Assembly (NCBI RefSeq): GCF_024521635.1 | Contig: NW_026250443.1 | Coordinates: 62,001-126,000 of the forward strand | Reading direction: 5' to 3' | DNA: 64,000 nt | Source of the DNA: Tricharina praecox | Taxonomy: Eukaryota | In this document: piece after piece, positions 14,718 through 27,325 of the stretch | Layout: each line of letters opens with the position of its first letter | How positions within the stretch are numbered: position 1 is the first letter of the stretch | Notes under the pieces: model-generated | Seen by the model: only the letters and a program-made list of their open reading frames with translations | Told to the model about the DNA's origin: nothing | Database searches by the model: none | Translations under genes and position numbers: made by a program

Positions 14718-16420
14718 ATGCCGCAACCCGCGCCGCAACCCGCGCCCGCGCCCACGCCCGTGCCAATGGCCGTACCAATGGCACCACCCGCCGACGCCGA
14801 CGCCGACGACGAGAAGGCCGACTCCCCCTCGAGCTCGATGTCGCGCCGATCATCGCGCCGATCAACCCGATCATCACGGGAATCGCGAGAAGACGAGGTT
14901 CGAGAAGTGGAGGTGGTGGAGGTGGTAGACATGGGCCTGCAATTGACGTGCAGTCTCCGCAGCGGCGTTGGGCCGCGAGAGCTCGAGCTCGAGAAGCCGC
15001 CGGATGGTGGGGCGAGGGCGTGGTTGTGCGGTATGTCCACTGTGGCGTCGCACGGGGGAGGTGGGGGGGTGGTGGCTGACGGAAGGGGATGGGGTGCATG
15101 TAGTGCTCGGGGTTCATCTAACGGTGTTTACCACTTGGGGGTTTATCAATGTTTGTTTCCAAGGAAAAATATTCAGGGAGTGGATGGGTGGGTGAATGGG
15201 TGGATGGGTGTTGACTGTCCGTCCGCAGAGCTTCGGCGTATTCCAAGCGTACTACGCGACGACTCTGGCGGCCTCACCCTCGACAATCAGCTGGATCGGC
15301 AGCATCCAGATCTTCCTGCTGTTCACGCTGGGGACATTTACCGGGCGGGCGCTGGACGCCGGGTACTTCTTCGCGGTGTACCGTCTCGGGAGCGTCCTCG
15401 TGCTCCTCGGGATCTTCACGACGTCGATCAGCGGCGGAAGTTTCGCACGCATCTTCCTGTCGCAGGGGCTATGCTGCGGGCTCGGCAGCGGCCTGATCTT
15501 CTGTCCCGCGCTCGCGCTGAGCTCGACGTACTTCCGCCGGCGACGGAGTCTGGCGCTGGGGATTGGCGCGAGCGGCAGTGCGACGGGTGGAATCGTTATC
15601 CCGCTCGTTGTCCAGACCCTGCTCCCAAGGATCGGCTTCGCCTGGACCGTTAGGTGTCTCGGCTTGATCTGTACCGTCGCGCTGCTGGTCGCCAATGTCG
15701 TCCTGAAACCCCGTCTGAAGCCAAGGAAGGTCGGCAGTCTCGTCGAGTGGAAGGCGTTTCGCGAGCCCACGTACGTGCTGTTCGCAATCGGTATATACCC
15801 TTCCCCTCACCCCCGCCTCCCCCGCCTCCCCCGCCGTCCCACTAACACCCACCTCACCCGCAGGCATGTTCCTCTCCTTCACGGGCGTATACTTCGCATT
15901 CTTCTACGCCTCCTCCTTCGCGCGCTCGATCCTGTCACTATCGATCCCCTCCTCCTTCACAACGCTAATAATAATGAACGCGGTCGGCCTCCCAGGCCGT
16001 ATCTTACCAAACTACCTAGCAGACCGACGCCTTGGCCCCCTAAACCTTCTGATCCCTATCACGTTAACCGTCTCCCTCCTCCTCTTCGTCTGGCCTGCCG
16101 TCATGAGCCAAACGGGACTGTACATATGGGCCGGCGCCTATGGCGTTGCCGCTGCGGGGATACAGAGCCTGTTTCCTGCTACGCTGAGTAGTCTTACTAC
16201 CGACCTGGAGCGCGCAGGCACGAGGATGGGAATGGTTTTCACTATTGTGTCGTTCGCGTGCTTGACCGGGACGCCGGTCGGCGGCGCGCTGGTGCAGGCC
16301 GCGGGGGGAGAGTATTGGGCTGGACAGGTCTTTGCGGGCACGTGTGTTCTCCTTGGTGGGCTGGTGCTCGCCGCGGCGAGGGTCGCGAAGACGGGGTGGA
16401 AGTGGAGGGTTAAGGCATAA
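14718..16420 (+). CDS. MFS monocarboxylate-porter family transporter (MCH4/MCH5-like)
   Basis: PPDGGARAWL, TWGFINSFGVFQAYY, ISWIGSIQIFL, YFRRRRSLALGIGASGSATGG, GTRMGMVF; introns 15031-15103, 15151-15228, 15791-15863. Confidence 0.93.
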
Positions 16421-17619
16421 GCGTAGGGGGATATCGTGCATCTTGGGGGTATATATGGAGGCGAAGTAGTGGTGGGTATATGGAAAGTGTAGATATTGGT
16501 GATGCTTATAGTAGACGCTGGGTTATGTAGATATGCATGTGCATGGAATATCACTCGTATGGACACGGGACTCGGGCTTGGGCTTGGGCTCGCGGTCGGG
16601 TTGGGGTTGGGGTCAGGATCGGGTTGGGATCGGGGTCAGGATCGGGCTCGGGGCTCGGGGTAGTGGCTACCGAGAGGAAACCTGTACGTACATGTGGTTG
16701 GTGATGGGGATCTGACTCTTGGGTCTTGGGTACCGTGGTATGTAAAGAAGGGTGATTCATGCGGATAAGGAGCCTTCCGTAACTAACTAAACGGGAGACG
16801 AGTCTCCGTGCGTGACTACATGTCTGTTTGAGTAGGTACCTACTATTCCTAAGCATGTATGTAGGTCGGCACTGCGCACAGTCAGCACCGTCACTCTCCG
16901 GAATCCGGATATGTCTTCTGCCGGCCAACTATCTACAAACATCCTGGGTATTTCTCCTCACCTCATATATGCCGAGTGATATACCGACCTACATATAGAG
17001 AGTACCCCGCTTCGAGGCAGCCGTGGATCCCTCCATCGTTCCGTTCGTAGATCTCACCCTGATTACGGTAGTGACATAAGGCTCTACTTTCCGCTGGGAT
17101 GGCCAAAGTAAGTACCTACTATAATGGCAAGTGGTATGTACTAGTACCGGTATTTGATATGCCCGTAGATTTATAGTTTCAGTTTGTATGTCCCCCAACT
17201 ATCTCGTTCCTCTCGCTCACTGTGAACATGCGATATCACTCGTCATAATATCTTTCACAGTAGGTTCCTATTCGACACATCGAATTTATTCCCCTCTCCT
17301 CTCTACTCTTTTTAACCTCCCTCTTTTGCCTCCCTGCCAAACCCACGATATAACGAAAATCACATTTTTCTATCGCATTCCATCCCACCCATCCCACCGA
17401 CCCATCGATCCATCCACTAACCTCAGCGGACCAAAAACCCCTATTAAAACACGTATAAAGAGAAAGAGAAGAGAAAGTGAAGTGAAGTGAAAGCCGCCAG
17501 CAATTCCGTCTGGCCTATGCAATGCAGGTGTTGGTATGGTATGGTATAACAAAAAAAAACGGGTATGTACCCAAAGGAGTGGAGAAAGAGAGAGATCAAT
17601 GCCGATAGCTAGCACCGAA

Positions 17620-19876
17620 TCAATACATGTCAAGAATATCATCGGCGTATCCGTACTCCTCTGCCTGCGTGAGCTTCTGTGTCTCCATCTGATCGCGCTC
17701 CCATTCCCGTTGTCGCTGGCGCTCCTTTTCGCGTTCGCGCTCGAGGAACGACATTCTGTGAAGAGTTAGTTAGTACAAAAGTGAGACATGGTAGTAGCGA
17801 ACGAAACTCACCGGCTCCAGTTGATCTGCACTTCTTCGCTGTTCGGACTGAGCGGTCTATCGTCGTCGCCTCTCTCCCAGCTCCCCTGTTGTCGGACCGC
17901 CTGGGCAGGCGTGGGAGGGAGTTTTCTCGGCGGAGTGGGGAGTGCTCGGGGGGCGATGGCAGGGCCGAGCTTGCTGAGACTGGATGGACGGGAATCGGTG
18001 GGTTCGGTGATGGGTGGGGTGGCGATCATCTCGCGCGCCCAGGCACCCTGCAGGAACCGCCGCTCTTCCTCCAGCTCTGCCGATTCGCGGTCGTTGTGGC
18101 GGATGACGTGTGCGGGCATCGGGCGGTCGCCGGTGAGGTGCGACACGATGTATCTCTCTCCCGTGCGTTGGACGGGCATGGTGGTGCGGTTCCGTTCGCC
18201 GGTGCGGTGTCGTATCACCTCTGCCGCGTCACGGCGGAACCGCTCAGTCTCCTCGCGCCGTCGAGCCTCCTTCTCGGCTTCGTAGAGTCGCTCGCGCTCC
18301 CGTGCCTTCTCCAATTCGCGCTCGAGCTCCCGTACACGCTCGCGTTCGCGCGCCAGCTCTGAGTCGGCGGTGCGGGATCGCTCCTCGCCTAGACGGGCGA
18401 ATTCGCGGTGGCGCTCGAGTTCGCGTTCGCGCTCGATTTCTCGCTGCAGGTCTTTCTCGGCTTGCCATTCCCTGCGCTGCTCTTCCTCTTCGTGCCACCG
18501 ACGCTTCTGCTCTTCGACCTGGGCTTGGTGTTCCCGCTCATCCTGCTCGCGTTCTTCCTGCCACCGGCGTTTTTCGTCCGCTTGTCGTGTGCGTTCGGCG
18601 TGGTTTTCGTCTTCTTGTCGGCGCCGGAGGAGCTCGCTTTCTTTTTGTTGTCGTATGGTCGCCGCTTGTTGCAGGAGTTCCTCCTTCTGCGCCGCCTCCC
18701 GCTCTAGCCGTTGCAGTTCTGCTTCCCGTGCCCGCTCTTCCTCTTCATGCCTCAACGCCGCCGCTTGACGAGACTTTTCCTCCTCGAGCTTGATAGCCGC
18801 CGCCTTCCGTACCTTCTCCTCCTCAAGCTGTGTAGCCGCCGCCGCCTTCCGTACTTTCTCCTCATCAAGCTGTATAAACGCCGCCGCCTTCCGTAGTTTT
18901 TCCTCCTCAACCTTTGCAGCCGCCGCCTTCCGTATTTTCTCCTCCTCCCGAAGCCGCATCTCCTCTTTCAACGTCCTCTCCTCGCCCTGCTTCTTCAGCA
19001 GCGCGCTCTTCTCCTCCTCATCTCGCCTGCGCAACGCCAACCTCTCAGCTTCATTCTGCTTCTTCAGCGTCTCCCTCTCCTGCGCGGTAGTGGTCGTAGT
19101 TTCCAGCTTCGGCATCCCAGCGCCAGTCGCCACCCCAGCCGTACCACCAGAGCCGGGCCCGGCCGTTAAAGGCGGCGTCGCCGTGATCTGCCGTCTTCCA
19201 CCAAACATGATCCCCTGATTCCCCTGGCTGGCACCGCCCATGTAACCATACTGCGCGACGTTCCACGCCGGGGCCGTAGCCCCCTCCTGACCCGGCTTCG
19301 CCCACGCTGACACCGTGACCTTCTTTCCCGGCACGGTTGGTGCCGGTGGCTTCCCCGCGGCCCCCGTGCCCACCGGGGTAGCACCGCCCTTCAGCCCGCC
19401 CACGGTGTCCGGAAACGTGGTGGGGTTGAGGGAGTTGGCGACGCGCGAGAAGGCACCGAGGCACTGCAGGACCTGCGCGGGATCCTTCTTCTCGAAGAGG
19501 TCGACGGTCAGGAAGCGGTCGTGGGGCGGCAGCGAAACGGGCGGCGACGAGATGGCAGTCAGGAATTGCGAGATGTTCTCCATCTGTACGAACGGCATCG
19601 CGGACTTCTTCGGCTTTAGCTGCTTGCCGCCGGTGGTGATCGCGAGGTGGTTGGCCAGTCTACAGGAGTCAGCGGGGATGGGTGGTGGAGAACCCGAGAG
19701 ATGACGTACCGGCAAAGCAGTGTGCCGTCTTTTAGAATGTCCATGAGGTCGCCTGCGGGCAGTGTTTCACCAAGGGTGGAGCTGAGCCAGGTGCTCACGG
19801 CCGCGGACGCCTCGGGAGTGTATTTTGATCGGCGGAGACGTGCGAGGTCTTTATCGAGAGAGGAGACGGAAGCCAT
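17620..19876 (-). CDS. calponin-homology (transgelin/Scp1-like) actin-binding protein with long E/R/K-rich helical extension
   Basis: MASVSSLDKDL...LKDGTLLCRLAN...MPFVQMENISQFL...FLTVDLFEKKDPAQV; calponin-like repeat QYGYMGGASQG; introns 19660-19709 and 17756-17811; last exon ends DDILDMY*. Confidence 0.88.
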
Positions 19877-20455
19877 GGTGACGCGGGCTGTGTCGTGCGG
19901 TATGGAGTATAGTGCGTACCGAGCGATAAACGAATTCGTGTGGACAAGTGGGAGGGTGAATGGGTGAAGTAGGTAGAGTGGTGGGATGAGGTGCGGTGTT
20001 TGGAGTTGAGTGGGATGTTTTCAGTTTCTTCGTCTCCTTTTTTCTTGCTTTTCTCGGGATAGACGGGTCCAGTGCGGCTGGAGGACTTGTTTCTCTCCTT
20101 CTGGGCGGTAAGATGAGGGTCGGGCTCTGACGAAGAGTGTTGGTATTGAGGGAGGGGGACCGTGTGGGGCTCGCGAAATGAACTGTAGCCAGGATCAAGG
20201 ATTACGTAGGCCGTGCCGGCGGTGGCGAGTGCTGTCACTGCTGTGGCGTTTTTCTGCTAAGAATAGGGAGCACAAGTTTGAATGAGGATTGGGTAGAACG
20301 GAAAAATCATCACGGCATTCGTTACTACGGAGACGCATGCTCTTTGATACAATCCGACTCCGCCGACCCATCTCGGTCACTTCTCCCATGATATCTCTCG
20401 CCATTAAAGAAGAACCCATCAACCCGTCGCTCGATCCCATCCCGCAACGTATCTA

Positions 20456-21217
20456 CTAGATGAGGTGCTTGCTTCTGAAGTACGCCCTGAGGTACACGAC
20501 CTGCCACCCTCCGAGTCCCACCAGCGTAGCCATAACCGCCAAAGAAAAGAACTTGACACGCTCGTTGGTGCTCTCGTTGGTATCTCTGAGCTTCTGCTCG
20601 CGCCGCCGTAGGTAATCCATCTGGTTGACGATCTCGGCAGTGACGGCTTCGATGCGTCGCAACTCGACTTCGACCGGCTTCAGCTTCTCCGCCGCTTGGA
20701 TCGCGGACCAGTCCCGCGCATCGGCACCGATATCGACGTCTAGCTCAATGGAGCGAGCGAGGCCAAGTTTCCTGCCTGGATGGGGTCAGCAAGCACGGAC
20801 AAAGACCGGTGAAATGGATGGGCTAGTACCATCGGAGAGCGTGTTCTCGAAGCAAACATCGAACGCGGCCTCGGCGTGACTGGTGAATGCCAGAGGCGTC
20901 TCGCCAACCGCATCCTTCGCCTTTCCGTACTCGTTGCCGACGGTATCTTTAATCTACCACGTGTCCTAGCAATCAGTCTCAACTCAACTTCTCGTCCCAA
21001 CCTGCCCATCTGCAGTAGAGAAACATACGTAGATGTTGACGGTCTGCCCATCTCCCTTCGTCCCCGACAGTGTCGCCGTCACGACTACCAATGTGTCCTT
21101 GCCCACATAGTTCCGGATGCATCGCGGCTTGAGGTGCTTTTTCTGCTGCGCGGGGAGGTCGAACTTCAACGCCGAGGCGACGGTGAGGTACGAGAGGAGC
21201 ACGGCGGAAAGCCACAT
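20456..21217 (-). CDS. ERV25: p24/GOLD family ER vesicle protein 25
   Basis: Signal peptide, [24 protein letters not shown]-like coiled coil [14 protein letters not shown] helix and C-terminal YFRSKHLI; introns 20954-21028 and 20776-20829. Confidence 0.95.
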
Positions 21218-21740
21218 TCTGGATTATATATTCTTCTTCTCGTCGGAGGTCGTGATGATCGTGCCCGATTGTGTGTTTCGTATTGGCGGTGCGGTGGTGG
21301 TTGTGGTGTGTGGGTGGTGAGGTGAAGCTATCTTTCTTTCGACAAAAAAGGAGACAACGCCAAAGGTGTTGCCAGAGTGTCACCGCGTGTGGCTTGGTCA
21401 CGGTGGCTTGTGGCTGGTGGTCGTGGCTCGCGGTGGCGTCGGCAGGAGAAGCATCTCTCGCTTCAGCTGAGTTGGTGCGGTCCTCGGCAAACCACCACAC
21501 GTGAAATCCACAATTGCGTAGGTTTGCCGCCGCCATGCCAGCTCACACTACTGCCATTACAGCCTACCACTGCCCCAGCCACCAACACCGCTCGGCGCAC
21601 CTATTCAAACAAACACCCCCCATCACCCATCCCCCTCCTTGCGATTCACGAACCAACTTCCAATAAACCATCATCGCGAAATACTTGAATACTTGACGCC
21701 CTCGGCCCTCCCACCCACCCACAAACCACACGTCGTCCCC

Positions 21741-22469
21741 ATGTCCGCTCCGCGATCCCGCCGCTCCGGCCTAATCCTCCCTCTCGCGCTGACCGCCACC
21801 GTCGCCGCCGCCTCCTACGCGCTCTACTACTTCATCTCTGACAGCGACACGCACGACACGAGCAACACCACGCACGTACACGAGAGCGACGCGGAGCTCA
21901 ACCGCCGCACCGGGTCCCGCCGGCGCTCTGGCTCAGAGTCGGCCGGTAACTCCGCGTCGCGCAAGCAATCGATCGCGCTGGTCGTGCGGGAGTCCTCCGA
22001 CCTCTCGGCGATGCTGAAACAGCTGCCCAGCCCGCTGCCGCTCAGCCTCGCGGACGTGTTCGTGCTCATCTACTCGCCGCATATCACGGCGCACCCCCTG
22101 AGCGATAGCGACGCCGCCGCGTTCGAAAACAGAGGCGACGAGGGAAAGGTCTATCGTCAGGCGCGGAAGATGTTTCCGAAGGAGTCGCCGAGGGAGCTCG
22201 TCATGCCCTACACCGATGAGGCCAGTCTGGTGCCAATGCTGAAACAGCTCGCGCCCAGGGGCGTCTACATCGAGAGCTCGCTGGTGGGGCCCGATGCGTC
22301 GGTGGTGAAAGATGTGCTCGGGCGCGGGTGGGTCGGCGGCGTGGTCGTGTCGGTCGAGGAGCCGGCGGAGGGCCAGAGGATCGCGGATGCGGCCGGGAGG
22401 CTTCTGAAGAGGGTCAAGGTGCTCGATGTTGCCAGGGTCGGCGATGATTGGACGGAGCGCGTCGGTTAG
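21741..22469 (+). CDS. Pezizomycotina peroxin-22-like protein
   Basis: N-terminal TM (LILPLALTATVAAASYALYYF) and motifs KQSIALVV, VFVLIYSP...HPLS, VMPYT...LKQLAP..VYIESSL.G, RVGDDWTERV recalled from filamentous-fungal Pex22-like proteins. Confidence 0.7.
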   Translation: MSAPRSRRSGLILPLALTATVAAASYALYYFISDSDTHDTSNTTHVHESDAELNRRTGSRRRSGSESAGNSASRKQSIALVVRESSDLSAMLKQLPSPLPLSLADVFVLIYSPHITAHPLSDSDAAAFENRGDEGKVYRQARKMFPKESPRELVMPYTDEASLVPMLKQLAPRGVYIESSLVGPDASVVKDVLGRGWVGGVVVSVEEPAEGQRIADAAGRLLKRVKVLDVARVGDDWTERVG

Positions 22470-23189
22470 TGCGTAATGGCGATGATGGAAAGGGATGTAT
22501 TATACACATGGCGGTTTGCTTGTACGTGCGGGAGGAGCGTGTTATGGATTGGGTTTGCGATGGCATAGGGGTTACGTAACGAGGTTATGACTACGATGAG
22601 TGGGCTGGATATTATACCAATTAGTTTAGTTTAACTGCGTGTTCTGGCCAGTGAAGAAGGTCCGAGTTCACACTTCTTATCTGTCACGGCCCTCATCCTT
22701 ATTTGGTCATTCCCATAAACCTTCTGCCAGAGGCATCTTCACTTCCTTTCCGAAGAAGATATGCCGCCCTCCAGCCCATCCGTGTTGACGAACAGCAAGT
22801 TGCGACATTCCGTACCGTGGGAGTTGAGCAGAACCATTCAACAGATCGACTTCAAGGGGGCTGCTCTCGTACAGCTTGCGGAACATTATGGAGCATGTAA
22901 CCGTGTCTTGAGAATCTCGAGAAGTCCAAATGGGATCATAACGGAAGTTATGCAAGAACCGAGTGCTCATAGATGTTTTCACCGCCAAAGTTCACTGTTC
23001 GCGAATCGCCACCAATGACCATTGACCATCACTTATGCCGGAATCTATATTTAGCATTGCAACGTTTAGCACTGTCTCAGACTCTCAGGACTCAGGAGTC
23101 CAGTTCCGCACCGTGCACCGCGTTCCCATCGCGTCCGCTGCATCCCGCTGTAGAGTACCATAGTCCTTCGTAGTCTTTGTGCCCAATCG

Positions 23190-24041
23190 ATGCTCACCCT
23201 CGAATCCCTCAACGGCGATGCGACCTTCCTTCTGACCTTCTACGCCTCCGCTTCCTCTCACACGCAGTTCACAGTCCTTCTAGACCCGTGGCTGCACTCA
23301 GACGCGCCCGTTTTACACCGGAAGTTCTCGAACCAAACGCACTCTGTCGCGCCGACGCTGCGGTCACTGGCGGACCTCCCTGGACCCCTGGACGCGATAG
23401 TCCTCAGCCAGGGTAAGAGCGACCACACGCACCAGCCCACGCTGCGGACGCTGCGGACGCCGCGGGCAGGGGAAAAGGCACCCAAGATATATGCCGTCCC
23501 CGACGCGGCGAGTGAAGTGTGCAGCTGGCGGTGGGCGGAGCGGCCGGAGGTCGTAGTGCTCACAAGGGAAGGCGTCAAGATCGGGATCGAGGGAGGCGGG
23601 TCCGTCGAGATCGCCTATCTGCGCGCCAGGCCGTGGGAGGTGCCGAGTTTGCATTCCGCCGTTGCGATCAGGTTCGTGGACGCTGCGGGGGAGGTGACTT
23701 CGGTGGTTTTTACGCCGCATGGGAGCTCGGTGGGCTGCGTGAGGGAGTGGGTAGGTATTGGAGGGCTGGATCTGCTGCTGTGGCCGTGGACGGAGGTGAG
23801 GATGCCGTGGTGGGCTGGTGGCGCGATCTCGAGTGGTGTCGACGCGGGGAGGCGGGTTTGTCGGGAGATTGAGGTGGGGTGTTGGGTTGGTGCTCATGAT
23901 GGGGAGAAGTGCGTGGAGGGCTGGGTTAGCAGGTGGTTGAGTAGGAAGGAGTGGAGTGGTGAGGAGGTGGGGAAGGTGGTGATGAGGAAGGCGGTCGTTG
24001 GTGAGAAGGTGGTCGTTGGCGGCGATATGGCGGGTATATAG
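23190..24041 (+). CDS. metallo-beta-lactamase-fold hypothetical protein with degenerate metal motif
   Basis: Intronless 283-aa ORF: LNGDATFLL, VLLDPWL, LDAIVLSQGKSDHTH (HxHxDH position), TPHG, WVGAHD. Confidence 0.7.
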   Translation: MLTLESLNGDATFLLTFYASASSHTQFTVLLDPWLHSDAPVLHRKFSNQTHSVAPTLRSLADLPGPLDAIVLSQGKSDHTHQPTLRTLRTPRAGEKAPKIYAVPDAASEVCSWRWAERPEVVVLTREGVKIGIEGGGSVEIAYLRARPWEVPSLHSAVAIRFVDAAGEVTSVVFTPHGSSVGCVREWVGIGGLDLLLWPWTEVRMPWWAGGAISSGVDAGRRVCREIEVGCWVGAHDGEKCVEGWVSRWLSRKEWSGEEVGKVVMRKAVVGEKVVVGGDMAGI

Positions 24042-25540
24042 TAGAACTTGGCGATAATGTGGCGGGTTCGAATTGTTCTGGCGGTCTTGATCTGGCGGTT
24101 TGTATGTACCTGCATGCTTAAGATCGTTAAATAAACTCCTGTTACGGTAATGGGAGACTCGGGGAGGAGAACCGGAGGGAGGTACTGCCTCGTAGAACTT
24201 CCCAATGCCGTCCGACCACGTATTGACCATTGCCCGTCAACCATATTCGTCCCGCATCAAGGTTTTCATCCAAGCGTGCTGAGATACCAGGACGGGACAG
24301 CAGTTCTTCCGGCATTGATAATATCGCCAACCAACCCAACTTCTGAATGGCATGAGATCGCTGTCAGTTCTTCCAGTATTCCCCGTTGATCCTGCCCCCA
24401 TTGGACTCGGCACTCGATTCGGTGATGCCACTGCACTGGAGTGTATTAACGTCAGTGTTCAGCCCAGGCAACGAGATCGTCCACATACCCGATAGGGCTC
24501 GAGGGCAATTGATGATGTCCACGCCGACTACGTCACACATTTCGATCACCTGAAAATTGCCCAGCGACTCGGATGCAATCGAAACAGCTGGTGTACGATA
24601 GCTCGGGGGTGAAAAATGGTTGATATAGGTAGGTAAATCGGTGACCTTCGGAATTTCCCAGGACGTCGCCGGGTTGGCTGGCGGCGGCTGTGATCCGGAT
24701 GTGGCGTTCGTAACTCGTCCCCAGTAGGTGATGGCTTGTATAGTACTGACACACCGGGTAAGGAAGGTACTGATGAGGAAGGCGGTCGTTGGTGAGAAGG
24801 TGCTCGTTGGGGGCGATGTGGCGGGCATATAGTAGAAACTGGGTGATATATTCGGGGATTGAGTTGTTCTCTTATGGTCTTGATCTAGCGGTTGGTACCT
24901 GTATTTCTAAAATCGTGAATCCGATTCCTGTTGCAGTCCCGGGAGACTCGGGGAGGAGATCTAGAGGGAGTTATGGGAAACTCACCATTGCCGTCCGACC
25001 ACGATTGACCATTGCCCACCAACCATCTTCGTCCCGTATCAGGGTTTCCGTCCAAGCATGCCGAGATACGATGACAGGACGGTAGTTCTTCCGGCTTTCA
25101 TAATATCGTCGACCAGTCCAAGGTCTGGATGGAAAGACATCACTGCCAGTTCCTTCCGTATCCCACCGTGATCCTGCCACCACTGGAATCGACACTCGAT
25201 TCGGTGATGCCACTGCACTGGAGTGTATTAACGTCAGTGTTCAGCCCAGGCAACGAGATCGTCCACATACCCGATAGGGCTCGAGGGCAATTGATGATGT
25301 CCACGCCGACTACGTCACACATTTCGATCGCCTGAAAATAGCCCAGCGACCCGGATAGAATCGGAACAGCCGGTGTCCGATAGATCGGAGACCGGAAAAA
25401 TGGATGATATGGTCCATCCGTGACGTTCGGAATTCTCCAGGACGTCGGCAGGCTGGCTGGCGGTGCTTGAGATCCGGCTGTGGCGTCCGTAACTCATTCC
25501 TAGCAGGTGATATCCTGTAATGACGCACCAGGCCTCGAGA
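23974..25540. repeat. diverged ~782-bp direct tandem duplication
   Basis: 23974-24050 recurs at ~24764-24840 and colinear similarity continues to ~24755/25540; 24411-24547 equals 25193-25329 exactly. Confidence 0.9.
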
Positions 25541-26163
25541 TTGTGGAACCATGGTGAGCGGTGATCGTTTGTGATAGATGGCGGACGCCGTGCCGCACGG
25601 GGAATGAACTAGGTCTATGTATAATCAGCAATTTCGGTCTAGTGTATGAGCGTAGGATCGTATCAGGTCTTGTTTTCACTCCATCACGGTCAGTATTCAC
25701 CCAAAGAAGCACGGTGTAATTCAGTTGAATGCTCCCCCTCTTCATTTTCCCGCGCTAAATTGCACTTTTATGGTCAAAGATACCATCGCCAGAAATCAAA
25801 CGTAAACTCCAAACCAGAGCATGAAAGATGTGTAGAACAATGCCAAACAAAAGCAAAGAAAGACCCCGCAAAACAATTGGTTAGAAAGGTAGGAATGGTA
25901 ATAGGTATGAAATAGGAACCGATGTCCAAACTCCCGTAAAAAAAAAGCAAAAAAAAGCAAAAGCAACTCTCCATGAAACTCCAAACAGTACTCCCGAAAA
26001 ACAAGACCAAATGGTCATCAAATAACCATCAACCCCCCTTCAATCCCCACTGCCGAGCAAACGGACAACAAGCCCAGACGTGGCTCCCACCCCACGACTG
26101 AGACCTGTCTCCGTTGCTGGCAGTGGTGGCCGTCGCCCGAGTCTTGCTTCGAGTATTCGAAGC

Positions 26164-27114
26164 CTAGATCACCGGGTTGTAGGAGGCCAAACTCTCCGGC
26201 CCTCCTGTCATCGGCCGTCCCCCCGGGAATTCTTCCTCTGGCGGGGGACCTCTCCGGCGGTTGGCCGCGTGCCAATCGTCGCCGTTGTCGCTTACAGCGA
26301 CAGTCTCTGCGGCTTCGCCCTTCTGGGTAGCTGCCGCGAGCACTCCTTCCGGATCGTCCGGAATCTCGGGAGTGTTGCCATGGTCGTTGACCATGGTCTT
26401 CTCGGCTCCGTCCATGCGCTCGGCGCTGATGGCGGAGTTGGAGGACTCGTTGCTGTCCTCGTCGTCGCTGACGACAATGGCGCCACTAGCGCTGTTGTCG
26501 TTGGAGAACGTATTCTCCGCGACCGGGTTGTCGCCGTAGCCGACAATTCGGCGAGCCGCCTTCTTCGCCCGCACACTTCTCTTCCCGTCGGCATTCTGCC
26601 AGAATTGCCAGTAATCGACCGGCCTATAGCCGAATCTGTCTCTCGCGTTGATGTCGGCTCCCCTACCGACCAATAACCCCGCCAGCACGGCCTCGACCGT
26701 CGGCTCCCGCAAATTGCGGAGATGGTGGAGTGCCGTCCATCCGTCGGCATCGGTGTGGGCCACATTGGCCCCTTTCGCCAACAGGATGTCGGCCATCTCC
26801 ACCTGCGCAAAGCGCACCGCCAGCATCAGCAGCGACATATTGCCGCTCTCGACCACACAACTGGGACTCAGTCCCACGTCCACACATTGGCGAAAAGTGC
26901 TAACACGCCCTTCCTCAATGGCCCAAACGGGCAACAGTCGGAACTTCGGCGCAACCCGAAACTCTGTCAGGAGCGCGAACCGGTAAAGGTGGCCATTGAG
27001 GCACCGGTATGTGTGAGGACTTGTCCTCGTGAAGTAATCCAGCTCTGGTACGCTGGGAAGATGGTTGAAGATTTGCGCGAGCACGTGCTCGGGCAAATCA
27101 TCAAGGCCAACCAT
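26164..27114 (-). CDS. F-box-like N-terminus plus ankyrin-repeat protein
   Basis: GLDDLPEHVLAQIFNHL start; ankyrin repeats NMSLLMLAVRFAQVEMADILLAKGANV, GWTALH...LLVGRGADINARDRFGYRP; acidic disordered tail. Confidence 0.8.
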   Translation of the reverse strand: MVGLDDLPEHVLAQIFNHLPSVPELDYFTRTSPHTYRCLNGHLYRFALLTEFRVAPKFRLLPVWAIEEGRVSTFRQCVDVGLSPSCVVESGNMSLLMLAVRFAQVEMADILLAKGANVAHTDADGWTALHHLRNLREPTVEAVLAGLLVGRGADINARDRFGYRPVDYWQFWQNADGKRSVRAKKAARRIVGYGDNPVAENTFSNDNSASGAIVVSDDEDSNESSNSAISAERMDGAEKTMVNDHGNTPEIPDDPEGVLAAATQKGEAAETVAVSDNGDDWHAANRRRGPPPEEEFPGGRPMTGGPESLASYNPVI

Positions 27115-27122
27115 CTTGGCCC

Positions 27123-27325
27123 CTATAAATAATTGTTAGTTAACATCTTCGAGAAAGTTATGTGTGTATCACTTACCGGATGATCGATACCTACTACAAT
27201 TAAGAGTAGCGAGGCAGTCGGGGAGCGTCTCCTATAAATAATTGTCAGTTGAGAACATCTCCGAGAAATCATATGTGTGTATCACTTACCGGATGATAGA
27301 CACCTACTACAATTCAGAGCAACGC
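27123..27325 (-). repeat. tandemly duplicated exon+intron unit upstream of the ankyrin gene
   Basis: Two ~110-bp copies, each with GTAAGT donor, CTRAC branch and TAG acceptor on the minus strand (introns 27123-27176 and 27232-27289). Confidence 0.8.
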
